DNA from: an uncultured Gemmatimonadales bacterium | GTDB taxonomy: Bacteria > Gemmatimonadota > Gemmatimonadetes > Longimicrobiales > RSA9 | Reading direction: 5' to 3' | Length of the DNA stretch: 64,000 bases | Assembly (NCBI GenBank): GCA_963741945.1 | Contig: CAVUKA010000008.1 | Span: forward strand, 96,001 to 160,000 | In this document: positions 1-9,591 of the stretch, piece after piece | How the letters are laid out: each line of letters opens with the position of its first letter | Numbering within the stretch: position 1 is the first letter of the stretch | Made by a program: the position numbers and the translations under genes | Notes under the pieces: model-generated | What the model saw: only the letters and a program-made list of their open reading frames with translations | Database searches by the model: none | What the model was told of the DNA's origin: nothing

Positions 1-2
1 GC

Positions 3-506
3 TCGCCCGACATCGTGGACCGGCTCCTCGCGCAGCCGAACGCCGAGGCTATCCTGGCGCTCCCGGAGCTCCAGGACCTCCGTATCCAGCCGAGCCTCAC
101 CGTGCGCGACGTCATGACCCACCGGATCCACTCCGTCCCGCCGGACGCCACCCTCAGGAGCACCCTCGACCTGATGCTCCGGCGCCGCCTGCAAGCCGTG
201 CCCGTGGTCGGCAGCAAGGGGGAGGTCATGGGCATCGTCACCGAGGCCGACCTCATGCGAACGCTCCTGCCCAAGATCCCGCGCGCCGGCTCCGACGACC
301 CCCACGCGGACGACCTCGCCGATCGCCCCGTCCGCAATGTCATGACCCGCTCCGTCCTCTGCGTCTCCGAAGACCTCGGCGTCAGTGAGGCCGCAAGCAT
401 GATGATCAACAAGGATGTGGAGCAGGTCCCCGTGGTCCACGCCGGCGCCATCGCCGGCATGGTTTCCCGCGGGGACATCATCCGGAAGCTGTTCGGACGA
501 ACCTGA
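3..506 (+). CDS. CBS-domain (tandem pair) protein, 5' truncated by window edge
   Basis: Two CBS repeats (TVRDVMT...PVV...GIVTEADL; PVRNVMT...PVV...GMVSRGDI). The frame is open to the left edge, so the N-terminus is outside the window. Confidence 0.85.
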   Translation, partial: SPDIVDRLLAQPNAEAILALPELQDLRIQPSLTVRDVMTHRIHSVPPDATLRSTLDLMLRRRLQAVPVVGSKGEVMGIVTEADLMRTLLPKIPRAGSDDPHADDLADRPVRNVMTRSVLCVSEDLGVSEAASMMINKDVEQVPVVHAGAIAGMVSRGDIIRKLFGRT

Positions 507-525
507 ACCCTCTACCGCGAAGCCC

Positions 526-948
526 ATGGATCAGACGCTCGCCATCATCAAGCCCGACGCCGTGGAGCGCGGCCTCACCGGCCGCATCCTTGCCCGCGTC
601 GAGGAGGCCGGATTCCGTATCCGCGCCCTCCGTACCCTTCACCTGTCCGAGGCCCAGGCCCGGGAGTTCTATGCCGTCCATCGCGAGCGCCCGTTCTACG
701 AGTCGCTGGTCACGTTCATGACATCCGGCCCCGTGGTTCCGGTTCTGCTCGAGCGCGAGGGCGCCGTGGCCGCCCTCCGCGACGTGATCGGCGCTACCGA
801 CCCTGCGGAAGCGCGCGAGGGCACGGTTCGTGCCCTCTTCGCCGAGTCCAAGGAGCGGAACTCCATCCACGCCTCCGATGCTCCGGAGACGGCCGCGCGG
901 GAGATCCGCTTCTTCTTCTCCGAGGCGGACGAGCTCGGCGCCCGTTGA
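526..948 (+). CDS. ndk: Nucleoside diphosphate kinase
   Basis: TLAIIKPDAV, FMTSGP, GATDP and RNSIHASD (catalytic His) motifs; ATG at 526. Confidence 0.97.
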   Translation: MDQTLAIIKPDAVERGLTGRILARVEEAGFRIRALRTLHLSEAQAREFYAVHRERPFYESLVTFMTSGPVVPVLLEREGAVAALRDVIGATDPAEAREGTVRALFAESKERNSIHASDAPETAAREIRFFFSEADELGAR

Positions 949-990
949 CCCTGTCGGCTCGCTCGTTGCCGCGGCAACGGCAGCGTGACG

Positions 991-1018
991 TTGACACCCC
1001 GGTCCGATCTGGCAATCT
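991..1018 (+). promoter_or_regulatory. Putative sigma70-type promoter of the yceD-rpmF-plsX-fab operon
   Basis: Perfect TTGACA at 991-996, 16 nt spacer, TGn-CAATCT extended -10-like element at 1010-1018. Confidence 0.5.
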
Positions 1019-1027
1019 TTGCATGCT

Positions 1028-1534
1028 ATGCTTCTTGTCGACCTGAACCGGCTCGCGCGTGATGGCCGGGCCAGGATAGATGCGGACGTTCCGCGTGATG
1101 ACCCGTTCTGGGGCGGTCTCGAGCTGCGGCCCGAGACGCCGCTCGATGTGCGCCTGGAGGCGCAGCAGGCGGGTCCGGACGTGGTGGTCCGCGGACGGGT
1201 GGCCGGCGAGTTCCGGCTCGAATGCCGCCGCTGCCTCGAGCCGGTGGTGGCCGGCATCGACGAGGAGCTGGGGCTGCTGTTCCGGGCCGGCGACGTGGAC
1301 GCGGAGGAGCCGGAGGACGTTCTTCCGCTCCCCGACACGGCCACGCTGGACCTGGGCCCGGCGGTGCGGGAGCAGGTCTTGGTTGCAGTGCCGAAGTACG
1401 TGATCTGCCGTGAAGATTGTCGCGGGCTGTGTCCGAAGTGCGGGACCAACCTCAACGAGGGGACGTGCGAGTGCACGACCGAAGAGGTGGACGAGCGCTG
1501 GGCGCCGCTGCGTCGACTGAAGCGAGAGGACTAG
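1028..1534 (+). CDS. yceD: DUF177/YceD family protein (23S rRNA accumulation)
   Basis: CRRCL and [13 protein letters not shown] motifs, DERWAPL C-terminus, position directly upstream of rpmF. Confidence 0.9.
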   Translation: MLLVDLNRLARDGRARIDADVPRDDPFWGGLELRPETPLDVRLEAQQAGPDVVVRGRVAGEFRLECRRCLEPVVAGIDEELGLLFRAGDVDAEEPEDVLPLPDTATLDLGPAVREQVLVAVPKYVICREDCRGLCPKCGTNLNEGTCECTTEEVDERWAPLRRLKRED

Positions 1535-1547
1535 GAGGAAGGCGAAT

Positions 1548-1730
1548 ATGGCCGTACCGAAGAAGCGGACTTCGAAGCAGCGGAAGCACAAGCGGCGGAC
1601 GCACCACAAGGCGCCCGTCCCGACGCTGTCGGCATGTCCGAACTGTGGAGATCCGAAGCTGTCGCATCGGGTCTGCCCGACGTGTGGGACTTACAAGGGC
1701 GAGCAGGTCATCGAGGTCGAAGAGCTCTAA
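1548..1730 (+). CDS. rpmF: 50S ribosomal protein L32 (zinc-binding type)
   Basis: [10 protein letters not shown]...CPNCG...[19 protein letters not shown] upstream. Confidence 0.98.
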   Translation: MAVPKKRTSKQRKHKRRTHHKAPVPTLSACPNCGDPKLSHRVCPTCGTYKGEQVIEVEEL

Positions 1731-1745
1731 CGGGAGGGGCCGGCG

Positions 1746-2732
1746 TTGCGCATCGCGGTAGACGCCATGGGCACGGACCGTCACCCGGCGGTCGAAGTGG
1801 AAGGCTCTATCGAAGCGCTGCGGGCACTTCCGGACGACTTTCAGCTCGTACTGGTGGGAGACGGGGACCTTCTCCACCGCGAGCTGAAGCGGCTCGGGGA
1901 GGCGGAAACCGAGCGCCTCGAGGTGGTCCATGCTTCGGAGCGCATCGACCCCCACGAGGGTCCGGCCACGGCGGTTCGCCGCAAGCCGGATTCCTCCATC
2001 GTGCGCGGGCTCAACCTGCAGAAGGAAGGGCAGGCGGACGCGTTCGTGAGCGCGGGCTCCACGGGAGCCGTCATGGCAGCCTCGCTGTTCATTCTCAGGC
2101 CGTTGCCGGGAGTGGACCGCCCCGCGATCGCCACGCTCCTGCCCACGTCCACGGGGCCAATGGTGATGCTGGACGCGGGGGCGAACGTGGATTGCCGACC
2201 CGACCATCTGGTGCAGTTCGCGCGACTCGGTATCGTGTACGCCCGGGACGTGCTGGGACGGGAGCATCCCCGGGTGGGCCTCCTGAACATCGGCGAGGAG
2301 CCGGAAAAGGGGAACGAGCTGGCGGTGGAGACGCACCGCCGCCTGCAGGAGAGCGGCCTCCACTTCGTCGGGAATGTTGAAGGCCGCGAGATCATTGCGG
2401 GCGCGTGCGATGTCCTGGTGACGGATGGCTTCGTGGGTAACGTCCTGTTGAAGTTCTACGAGAGCGTGGCCGGTTTCGTGTTCGGGCTGCTGCGTCGAGA
2501 GCTGGGGGATCCGGCGGCGGGGGCGAACCTCGGACGGGTCACCCGGATCCTGGACTACGCGGAGTATGGTGGCGCACCGCTGCTGGGCGTGAACGGGATC
2601 TCCATCATCTGCCACGGCGGCTCCCCCCCGCGTGCCATCACGAACGCGATCCGGGTGGCCGTCACGGCATCGAACGCACACATGGTCGGCCACATCCGTG
2701 AGGAGGTTGGCATCCACCCGGGCGGCGCATGA
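1746..2732 (+). CDS. plsX: Phosphate acyltransferase PlsX
   Basis: IAVDAMG, SAGSTGA, DRPAI, LDAGAN, GNVEG, DGFVGN, GGAPLLG motifs; TTG start after GGAGG. Confidence 0.96.
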   Translation: MRIAVDAMGTDRHPAVEVEGSIEALRALPDDFQLVLVGDGDLLHRELKRLGEAETERLEVVHASERIDPHEGPATAVRRKPDSSIVRGLNLQKEGQADAFVSAGSTGAVMAASLFILRPLPGVDRPAIATLLPTSTGPMVMLDAGANVDCRPDHLVQFARLGIVYARDVLGREHPRVGLLNIGEEPEKGNELAVETHRRLQESGLHFVGNVEGREIIAGACDVLVTDGFVGNVLLKFYESVAGFVFGLLRRELGDPAAGANLGRVTRILDYAEYGGAPLLGVNGISIICHGGSPPRAITNAIRVAVTASNAHMVGHIREEVGIHPGGA

Positions 2733-3721
2733 AAGTACCGAAACCGGTCGTCGAGATCGTGGCGACGGGACGTTGCCTCCCCGACCGGGTGGTGACGAAC
2801 CACGATCTGGAGAAGGAGCTGGACACCTCCGACGCCTGGATCCGCGAGCGAACCGGAATCGTCGAGCGACGGATCGCCGGGGACGACGTGGGCGCCGCTG
2901 ACATGGCGGCGGACGCGGCCCGCATCGCCATGGAGCGAGCGGGCGTGCACCCGGGTGAGATCGACGTCATCGTGCTCTCCACGGCCACACCGGACCGGCT
3001 GCTCCCTTCCACGGCCTGCGACCTCCAGGCGCTGCTTGGTGCCAAGAACGCGGCCGCGTATGACATCGCTGCGGCCTGCTCCGGCTTCATCTACGCCCTC
3101 TCCATCGCGGAAGGCCACCTGGCCGCCAACCGTGCCGAGATCGCTCTCGTGGTCTCCACGGAGAAGATGAGCTCGATCGTGGACTGGGGAGATCGCTCCA
3201 CGGCCGTGCTGTTCGGCGACGGCGCGGGAGCGGCAGTGGTGAAGCGATCCGAGAACGGGCGTGGCCTGATTTCCAGCTTCATCCGCTCCGATGGCACGCT
3301 GGCGGAGCTGCTCTGGCGTCCGGGCGGCGGCGGGCGTATGCCCATGGACATGGCGGTGCTCGATGAGCGCAACCACCTCGTGAAGATGGCCGGGCGGGAA
3401 GTCTTCAAGGCGGCCGTACGCTCGATGGCGGAAGCCGCCGACCAGGCGCTGCTCCGCGCCGGCCTGACGGGGGACGATATCGACCTCTTCATCCCGCACC
3501 AGGCGAATACGCGGATCATTGAAGCCACCGCCCGGTACGCCAACGTGCCGATGGAGAAGGTCTACGTGAACGTGGACCGCTACGGGAACATGAGCTCGGC
3601 CACCATTCCCGTGGCGCTGGACGAGGCGCTGGAGCAGGGGCGGCTCAAGCGCGGCGACCGCGTCCTCATGGCGGCGTTCGGCGCCGGCTTCACCTGGGCT
3701 TCGGCGGTCCTCCAGTGGTAG
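2729..3721 (+). CDS. fabH: 3-oxoacyl-ACP synthase III
   Basis: AACSGF (Cys), PHQAN (His), YGNMSSA (Asn), LFGDGAGA motifs. Confidence 0.96.
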   Translation: MKVPKPVVEIVATGRCLPDRVVTNHDLEKELDTSDAWIRERTGIVERRIAGDDVGAADMAADAARIAMERAGVHPGEIDVIVLSTATPDRLLPSTACDLQALLGAKNAAAYDIAAACSGFIYALSIAEGHLAANRAEIALVVSTEKMSSIVDWGDRSTAVLFGDGAGAAVVKRSENGRGLISSFIRSDGTLAELLWRPGGGGRMPMDMAVLDERNHLVKMAGREVFKAAVRSMAEAADQALLRAGLTGDDIDLFIPHQANTRIIEATARYANVPMEKVYVNVDRYGNMSSATIPVALDEALEQGRLKRGDRVLMAAFGAGFTWASAVLQW

Positions 3722-4638
3722 CGCTGCTCCTGCCCGGCCAGGGCGCCCAGCACGTGGGCATGGGGCGTGAGCTGGCGGAAGCGTTCCCGGCCGCCCGCGA
3801 CGTGTTCGAGCGCGCCGACACCGCCCTCGGCGTCGACCTGTCACGGACCATGTGGGAGGGGCCGGAGGAGGAGCTCACGGCCACGCACAACGCGCAGCCC
3901 GCCATCCTCACCCACAGCGTGGCCGTCCACGCCGTAGTGCGCGACCGGCTGAGCGGGGTCCGGTTCGCCGCCGGCCACTCGCTGGGTGAGTTCAGCGCCT
4001 ACGTGGCGGCAGGATCGCTCTCGTTCGAGCGGGCGGTGCGCGCGGTCCGGCGACGGGGAGAGCTCATGTACGAAGCCGGCCTGTCGCGCCCGGGGACCAT
4101 GGCCGCCATCCTGGGCCTCGAAGATGACCTCCTCGAGGACGTCTGCCGCCGCGCTTCGCGGGACGGTGGCGCGTGCGTCCCCGCCAACTTCAACGCGCCC
4201 GGCCAGACGGTGATCAGTGGGGATGCACCGGCGATCCAGCGCGCGCTCACGCTGGCGAAGGCGGCGGGCGCCCGGAGGGCGCTGCCGCTGAACGTGTCCG
4301 GCGCGTTCCATTCCCCACTCATGGAAGTGGCGGAAGCGGGACTGCGCGAGCACCTCGAGGCGGTTCCGTTCGGGGACCCTTTGTTCCCGGTGGTCTCGAA
4401 CGTGACGGCGCAGCCGGTGACCGATGGGGCGGACGCGCGACGCCTGCTCGTGGAGCAGCTCACGTCCCCCGTTCGCTGGGCCGCGTCCATGCGCGCCATG
4501 CTCGACGCCGGTGTCTCCAGGTTCCTCGAGCTCGGCCCCGGCTCCGTGCTGGCCGGCCTGATGAAGCGAATCGATCGTGCCGCCGAGGTCGTGAGCCTCG
4601 GCACGGCAGCCGACGTGAACGCGTTTCTGGAAGGCTGA
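3715..4638 (+). CDS. fabD: Malonyl-CoA:ACP transacylase
   Basis: PGQGAQ, GHSLGE, AFHS motifs. Confidence 0.96.
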   Translation: MVALLLPGQGAQHVGMGRELAEAFPAARDVFERADTALGVDLSRTMWEGPEEELTATHNAQPAILTHSVAVHAVVRDRLSGVRFAAGHSLGEFSAYVAAGSLSFERAVRAVRRRGELMYEAGLSRPGTMAAILGLEDDLLEDVCRRASRDGGACVPANFNAPGQTVISGDAPAIQRALTLAKAAGARRALPLNVSGAFHSPLMEVAEAGLREHLEAVPFGDPLFPVVSNVTAQPVTDGADARRLLVEQLTSPVRWAASMRAMLDAGVSRFLELGPGSVLAGLMKRIDRAAEVVSLGTAADVNAFLEG

Positions 4639-4639
4639 G

Positions 4640-5383
4640 ATGACGGAGCGAAGGCTGGACGGGCGGGTCGCGATCGTCACCGGCGGCAGCCGCGGCATCG
4701 GTCGTGTGCTGGCGCGTCGGCTTGCAGAGGAAGGGGCGACGGTGGTTGTCACCGCGCGCTCGGCAGAAGCCGCGGCATCGGCCGCCGCGACGCTTCCGGG
4801 AACCGGCCATCTCGGGCTGGCCTGCGACGTTTCCGACCGCGAGGCGGTCGACGCGCTGGCGAAGCGGGTCGAATCGGAGCTGGGCGGGATCGACGTGCTG
4901 GTGAACAACGCGGGCGTCACGGCGGACAATATCATGCTCCGCCTCGATGACGAGGACTGGGATCGCGTTCTGGACACGAATCTCAAGGGCGCGTTCCTGA
5001 TGATCCGGGCGGTGGCGAGGGGAATGATGAAGCGGCGGAGCGGCCGGATCATCAACATCAGTAGCGTGGTCGGCTTGACCGGGAACCGGGGACAGGTAAA
5101 CTACGCAGCGTCGAAGGCCGGTCTCATCGGGCTCACGAAGTCCGTGGCGAAGGAGTTGGCGTCCCGGAACGTGCTGTGCAACGCCGTGGCGCCCGGCTTC
5201 ATCGAGACCGACATGACGTCCGCACTGACGGACGTGGCGCGGGAGTCGCTGCAGCAGCGGATCGCGCTCGGGCGACTGGGCTCGCCGGAGGACGTGGCGG
5301 GCGTGGTGGCGTTTCTGGCGGGACCGGACGCGGACTACATCACCGGTCAGGTGATCGTGGTCGATGGCGGCATGGTCATCTGA
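4640..5383 (+). CDS. fabG: 3-oxoacyl-ACP reductase
   Basis: [20 protein letters not shown] motifs; fab operon context. Confidence 0.96.
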   Translation: MTERRLDGRVAIVTGGSRGIGRVLARRLAEEGATVVVTARSAEAAASAAATLPGTGHLGLACDVSDREAVDALAKRVESELGGIDVLVNNAGVTADNIMLRLDDEDWDRVLDTNLKGAFLMIRAVARGMMKRRSGRIINISSVVGLTGNRGQVNYAASKAGLIGLTKSVAKELASRNVLCNAVAPGFIETDMTSALTDVARESLQQRIALGRLGSPEDVAGVVAFLAGPDADYITGQVIVVDGGMVI

Positions 5384-5409
5384 AGGTACACCCACACAGA
5401 GAGGACAGG

Positions 5410-5649
5410 ATGGCGGAGAACACTGAGGCGAGAGTCCGGGAGATCATCGTCAACGAGCTGGGCGTCGAGGCGGAGAAGGTGACGCCGGAAGCATCGTTCG
5501 TGGAGGATCTCGGCGCGGACTCGCTGGACACGGTCGAGCTGGTCATGGCCTTCGAGGAGGAGTTCGGGATGGAGATCCCGGACGAGGACGCGGAGCAGCT
5601 CCAGACGGTGGGCGACGCCATCAAGTACATCGAGGCGCACAAGGAGTAG
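5410..5649 (+). CDS. acpP: Acyl carrier protein
   Basis: [20 protein letters not shown] motif; ATG at 5410 after GAGGA. Confidence 0.97.
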   Translation: MAENTEARVREIIVNELGVEAEKVTPEASFVEDLGADSLDTVELVMAFEEEFGMEIPDEDAEQLQTVGDAIKYIEAHKE

Positions 5650-5666
5650 GGTCGCTGGAGTCGCAC

Positions 5667-6935
5667 ATGGATACCCGCACCCCCACGGGCCACCGCGTGG
5701 TGATCACCGGGCTCGGCCTGGTGACGCCCGTCGGCAATGACGTAGAGACGGCATGGAGCGCGTTGTTGGCGGGCACCAGCGGCGCCGGGCCGATCACGCA
5801 GTTCGAGGCGGATGAGCGCTTCGACGTGCGCTTCGCCTGCGAGGTGAAGGGCTTCGATCCGGAGGAGTACATGGATCGCAAGGAAGCCCGGCGCGCGGAT
5901 CGGTTCGCTCAGCTCGCCATGGCGGTGGCCCAGCAGGCGGTAGACCACGCCGGCCTCGGCGGCGACCTCTCGCCCGCCGACCCGAAGCGGGTGGGCGTGA
6001 TCATCGGGAGCGGGATCGGCGGGATCGCCACGTTCGAGGACCAGACGCGGGTGATGCTGGAGCGGGGGCCCCGTCGGGTGAGCCCGTTCTTCGTGCCGAT
6101 GTTCATTCCGGACATGGCTGCGGGGCTGGTCTCCATGCGCTTTGGCGCGCGGGGCCCGAACTACGCCACCGTGTCGGCGTGCTCGTCGAGCGGGCACGCC
6201 CTGGGCAACTCCTTCCGCCTCATCCAGGAAGGGCACGTCGACGTCATGATCTCGGGCGGCACCGAGGCCACGGTGAGTCCGCTGGCGATTGCGGGCTTTT
6301 CCAACATGAAGGCGCTCTCCACCCGCAACGATTCGCCCGGGACGGCCAGCCGACCGTTCGATGCGACGCGCGATGGCTTCGTCCTCGGGGAGGGCGCTGG
6401 CGCCGTGATCCTGGAGTCGCTGGAGCACGCGCTGGATCGCGGAGCGGAGATCGTCGCTGAAATGGTCGGGTTCGGACAGAGCGCCGACGCCTATCACATC
6501 ACCGCCCCCGCGCCCGAGGGGGCGGGGGCGCAGCTGGCCATGCGCGATGCGCTCGGCGACGCCGGGCTCGAGCCAGGCGACATCGGCTACATCAACGCCC
6601 ATGGCACCTCGACCCCCGCCAACGACCTCAACGAGACGCTGGCCGTGAAAGCGGTGTTCGGAGACGCCGCCAGACGCGTGGTGGTGGGATCCACGAAGTC
6701 CATGACCGGCCACCTGCTGGGCGCCGCCGGGGGTGTGGAGGCGATCATCACCTCGCTCGTGCTGCGGGAGGGGCGGATTCCGCCCACGATCAACTTCTCC
6801 ACCCCGGACCCGGCCTGTGACCTGGATTACGCGCACAACGAGCTCCGCGAGAAGGCGGTCAATGCCGCGCTGAGCAACTCGTTCGGGTTCGGCGGCCACA
6901 ACGTGTGCCTGGCGCTGCGCCGATGGGAGGAATAG
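5667..6935 (+). CDS. fabF: 3-oxoacyl-ACP synthase II
   Basis: [29 protein letters not shown] motifs. Confidence 0.96.
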   Translation: MDTRTPTGHRVVITGLGLVTPVGNDVETAWSALLAGTSGAGPITQFEADERFDVRFACEVKGFDPEEYMDRKEARRADRFAQLAMAVAQQAVDHAGLGGDLSPADPKRVGVIIGSGIGGIATFEDQTRVMLERGPRRVSPFFVPMFIPDMAAGLVSMRFGARGPNYATVSACSSSGHALGNSFRLIQEGHVDVMISGGTEATVSPLAIAGFSNMKALSTRNDSPGTASRPFDATRDGFVLGEGAGAVILESLEHALDRGAEIVAEMVGFGQSADAYHITAPAPEGAGAQLAMRDALGDAGLEPGDIGYINAHGTSTPANDLNETLAVKAVFGDAARRVVVGSTKSMTGHLLGAAGGVEAIITSLVLREGRIPPTINFSTPDPACDLDYAHNELREKAVNAALSNSFGFGGHNVCLALRRWEE

Positions 6936-6972
6936 GGCCGGGGCCGGGCAGCGACGCCGGGAGTGGCGGTGG

Positions 6973-7006
6973 ACCGGGAGCGAAGCCGTCGCTCCCGGTT
7001 TCTTTT
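6973..7006 (+). terminator. Rho-independent terminator after fabF
   Basis: ACCGGGAGCGA (6973-6983) / TCGCTCCCGGT (6989-6999) perfect 11-bp stem followed by TTCTTTT. Confidence 0.8.
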
Positions 7007-7016
7007 GGGAGGTGAC

Positions 7017-7490
7017 ATGCGCACAGGCATCGGCTACGACTCGCACCGCTTCGTGGAAGGCCGGCCTCTCGTGCTGGCCGGGGAGCGCATTCCGCACGAC
7101 CGTGGACTCGCGGGTCACTCCGATGCGGACGCGGTCGCGCACGCCGTGACGGACGCCGTGCTGGGCGCGGCGGCCATGGGCGACATTGGCTCGCATTTTC
7201 CCGCGGACGACGAGCGCTGGCGCGATGCCGATTCCATGGCCATGCTTCGCCAGGCGGTGCAATGGCTCGAGGATCGGGGCTGTGCGGTCGTGAACGTCAA
7301 TGTCACCGTGCTGTGCGAGCTGCCGAAGATCGCCCCCTACGTGCCGGCCATGCGCGCGCGGCTGGCCGATGCTCTGGCGGTGGAATCCGGCGCCGTTTCG
7401 ATCAAGGGCAAGACCAACGAGGGAATGGGCTGGATCGGCCGCGGTGAGGGGGTCGCCGCCCTGGCCGTTGCGACGATCCGGTGCCACTAG
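7017..7490 (+). CDS. ispF: 2-C-methyl-D-erythritol 2,4-cyclodiphosphate synthase
   Basis: MRTGIGYDSH, GHSDAD, GDIGSHFP, KGKTNE motifs; GGAGG RBS before ATG 7017. Confidence 0.96.
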   Translation: MRTGIGYDSHRFVEGRPLVLAGERIPHDRGLAGHSDADAVAHAVTDAVLGAAAMGDIGSHFPADDERWRDADSMAMLRQAVQWLEDRGCAVVNVNVTVLCELPKIAPYVPAMRARLADALAVESGAVSIKGKTNEGMGWIGRGEGVAALAVATIRCH

Positions 7491-7499
7491 GAAGTCGAC

Positions 7500-8123
7500 G
7501 TGGACCTCTTGCAGGAGGTGCTCGGAACGCTCGCCGCCCTCCCCGGCTGGCTCATCTACGTCATCCTGGGCGTCGGCGCCGCCACGGAGAACATCGTGCC
7601 GCCCGTCCCCGCGGATACCTTCGTCCTGGTGGGGGCTCTCCTCTCCACCGGCGGCGCGGCCAACGTCTGGATCGTGTTCCTGGTCACGTGGCTCTCCAAC
7701 GTGGTGTCCGCCATCGCGGTCTACGCACTCGCACGGCGCTACGGACGCGCCTTCTTCAAGATGCCGGTGGCGCGGTGGCTCCTCCGCGAGCACCAGCTCG
7801 AGGGGATCAAGGCGTTCTATCTTCGCCTCGGGATCCCGGCCATCTTCTTCAGTCGCTTTCTGCCTGCCTTCCGCGCCATGGCCCCGGTCTTCGCCGGCGT
7901 CTCCCGGATGCGGGCGATCTGGGTCATCCCGCCGATCATCCTGGCCTCCGGGCTCTGGTATGGGTTCCTGGTCTATCTCGGCGCCTTCATGGGGCACAAC
8001 CTCGGGGCTATCGCCCGGATCTTCGGCCGCATCAACAACATTCTCCTCTGGGCCGCGCTGGTCGTCATCGCGGCCGTGGCGATCTGGTGGTGGCGCACCC
8101 GCCGTCACCCGGCGGAGCGATGA
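7500..8123 (+). CDS. DedA family membrane protein
   Basis: ENIVPPVP and SRFLPAFR motifs; hydrophobic TM pattern. Confidence 0.88.
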   Translation: MDLLQEVLGTLAALPGWLIYVILGVGAATENIVPPVPADTFVLVGALLSTGGAANVWIVFLVTWLSNVVSAIAVYALARRYGRAFFKMPVARWLLREHQLEGIKAFYLRLGIPAIFFSRFLPAFRAMAPVFAGVSRMRAIWVIPPIILASGLWYGFLVYLGAFMGHNLGAIARIFGRINNILLWAALVVIAAVAIWWWRTRRHPAER

Positions 8124-9013
8124 GCTTCCACACCGAGCAGTTCCACGATTACCTCGCGTTCGAGCGGGGCCTCAGCCCCCGTACGCTCGACGCATACGCC
8201 CGCGACATCACGCGGCTGCAGGAGTTCCTGGAGTCTCGCGCCATCCATGATCCCGGCCGCGCCTCCCCCACCGACCTGCGCGAGTTCACCTACCACCTTC
8301 GAGATCAGGGGCTGGCGCCGACTTCGATCCGCAGAGCGCTTTCGGCGATTCGGACGTACTTCGCGTTCCTGCTCACCGAACAGCTCGTGGAGAGCGATCC
8401 GACCGAGCAGATCGAATCACCGAAGATCTGGCGCAGGCTGCCGGAAGTGCTGACCCGGGAGGAGATCGAGCGGCTCATGGTCGCGCCGGACCCCGGAGAC
8501 CGGTACTTCTTCCGCGACCGCGCCATGCTGGAGCTGGCCTATGCATCCGGTGTTCGTGTGAGTGAGCTGATCGGCCTGAACGTGCGGGACGTGGATCTCG
8601 AGGAGGGGCTCGCCGCGGTGTACGGGAAGGGGCGCAAGGAGCGCCTCGTGCCCGTGGGCGGCGTCGCGATCCGGGCGATCCGCACCTACCTGCGGGAGCT
8701 GCGCCCCCGGCTGGAGGCGGGGCGGGGCAGGGGGAGCGGCGCGCTCTTCCTCAATGGCCGGGGCGGATCGCTGTCCCGCATGGGCGTGTGGAAGATCCTG
8801 CGCAAGCACGTGGAGCGGGCGGGGATCGAGCGGCGGGTCACGCCGCACACGCTGCGGCATACGTTCGCCACGCACCTTCTCGAGGGTGGTGCGGACCTGG
8901 CATCGGTCCAGGAAATGCTCGGGCACGCGGACATCGCCACTACCCAGATTTACACGCATGTGGATCGAGACTATCTCAGAGACGTCCACCGGCGCTATCA
9001 TCCCCGGGCATGA
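8120..9013 (+). CDS. xerD: Tyrosine recombinase XerD
   Basis: ERGLSPRTLDAY, GVRVSEL, GKGRKER, PHTLRHTFATHLL, LGHADIATTQIY, YHPRA C-terminus. ATG 8120 overlaps the dedA stop. Confidence 0.92.
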   Translation: MSFHTEQFHDYLAFERGLSPRTLDAYARDITRLQEFLESRAIHDPGRASPTDLREFTYHLRDQGLAPTSIRRALSAIRTYFAFLLTEQLVESDPTEQIESPKIWRRLPEVLTREEIERLMVAPDPGDRYFFRDRAMLELAYASGVRVSELIGLNVRDVDLEEGLAAVYGKGRKERLVPVGGVAIRAIRTYLRELRPRLEAGRGRGSGALFLNGRGGSLSRMGVWKILRKHVERAGIERRVTPHTLRHTFATHLLEGGADLASVQEMLGHADIATTQIYTHVDRDYLRDVHRRYHPRA

Positions 9014-9591
9014 TCCTCGTCATCGACAATTACGACTCGTTCACCTTCAATCTCGTCCAGCTCCTGGGCGGGCTGGGCGCGGGTGTGGTCGTACGGCGCA
9101 ACGACGAGATGGAGATGGACGACATCGCCACCCTCGCGCCCGCGGGCATCGTCCTGTCGCCGGGCCCCGGCACGCCCACCGACGCGGGCATCACCGTGGA
9201 GACGGTACGCCGCTTCGGGGCCCGGACGCCGGTGCTTGGCGTCTGCCTCGGGCACCAGGCCATCGGTGCGGCCTACGGCGCCCGCGTGGTACGGGCGCGA
9301 CGACTCATGCACGGCAAGACGTCCCCCGTGGCGCACGATGGCCGCGGACTCTTCGACGGCGTGCGCTCGCCCGTTTCGATGATGCGATATCATTCCCTGG
9401 TCCTCGCTCCCGACTCCATCCCCGACTCCCTCGAGGTGGTGGCGTGGACGGACGAGCCCGGCTGGCGGGATGAGGTCCAGGCCATCCGGCACCGCACGCA
9501 TCCGGTCTGGGGCGTTCAGTTCCACCCGGAGTCGGTGGCCAGTGAGGCAGGAGAGCGGATGATCCGGAACTTCCTGGAGCTGACGACGTGA
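9010..9591 (+). CDS. Anthranilate/aminodeoxychorismate synthase component II (glutamine amidotransferase)
   Basis: IDNYDSFT, SPGPG, GVCLGHQ, RYHSL, QFHPES motifs; trpG and pabA cannot be distinguished. Confidence 0.93.
   Translation: MILVIDNYDSFTFNLVQLLGGLGAGVVVRRNDEMEMDDIATLAPAGIVLSPGPGTPTDAGITVETVRRFGARTPVLGVCLGHQAIGAAYGARVVRARRLMHGKTSPVAHDGRGLFDGVRSPVSMMRYHSLVLAPDSIPDSLEVVAWTDEPGWRDEVQAIRHRTHPVWGVQFHPESVASEAGERMIRNFLELTT

Noticed and set aside
5376-8108. 910-aa minus-strand ORF
   Set aside because: Antisense shadow of acpP-fabF-ispF-dedA. Long stop-free antisense frames are expected at high GC3, and it has no recognisable motifs.
8120-9013. Tyrosine recombinase as a prophage or island integrase
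   Set aside because: Size, motifs and housekeeping operon context fit chromosomal XerD; no phage or conjugation genes nearby.
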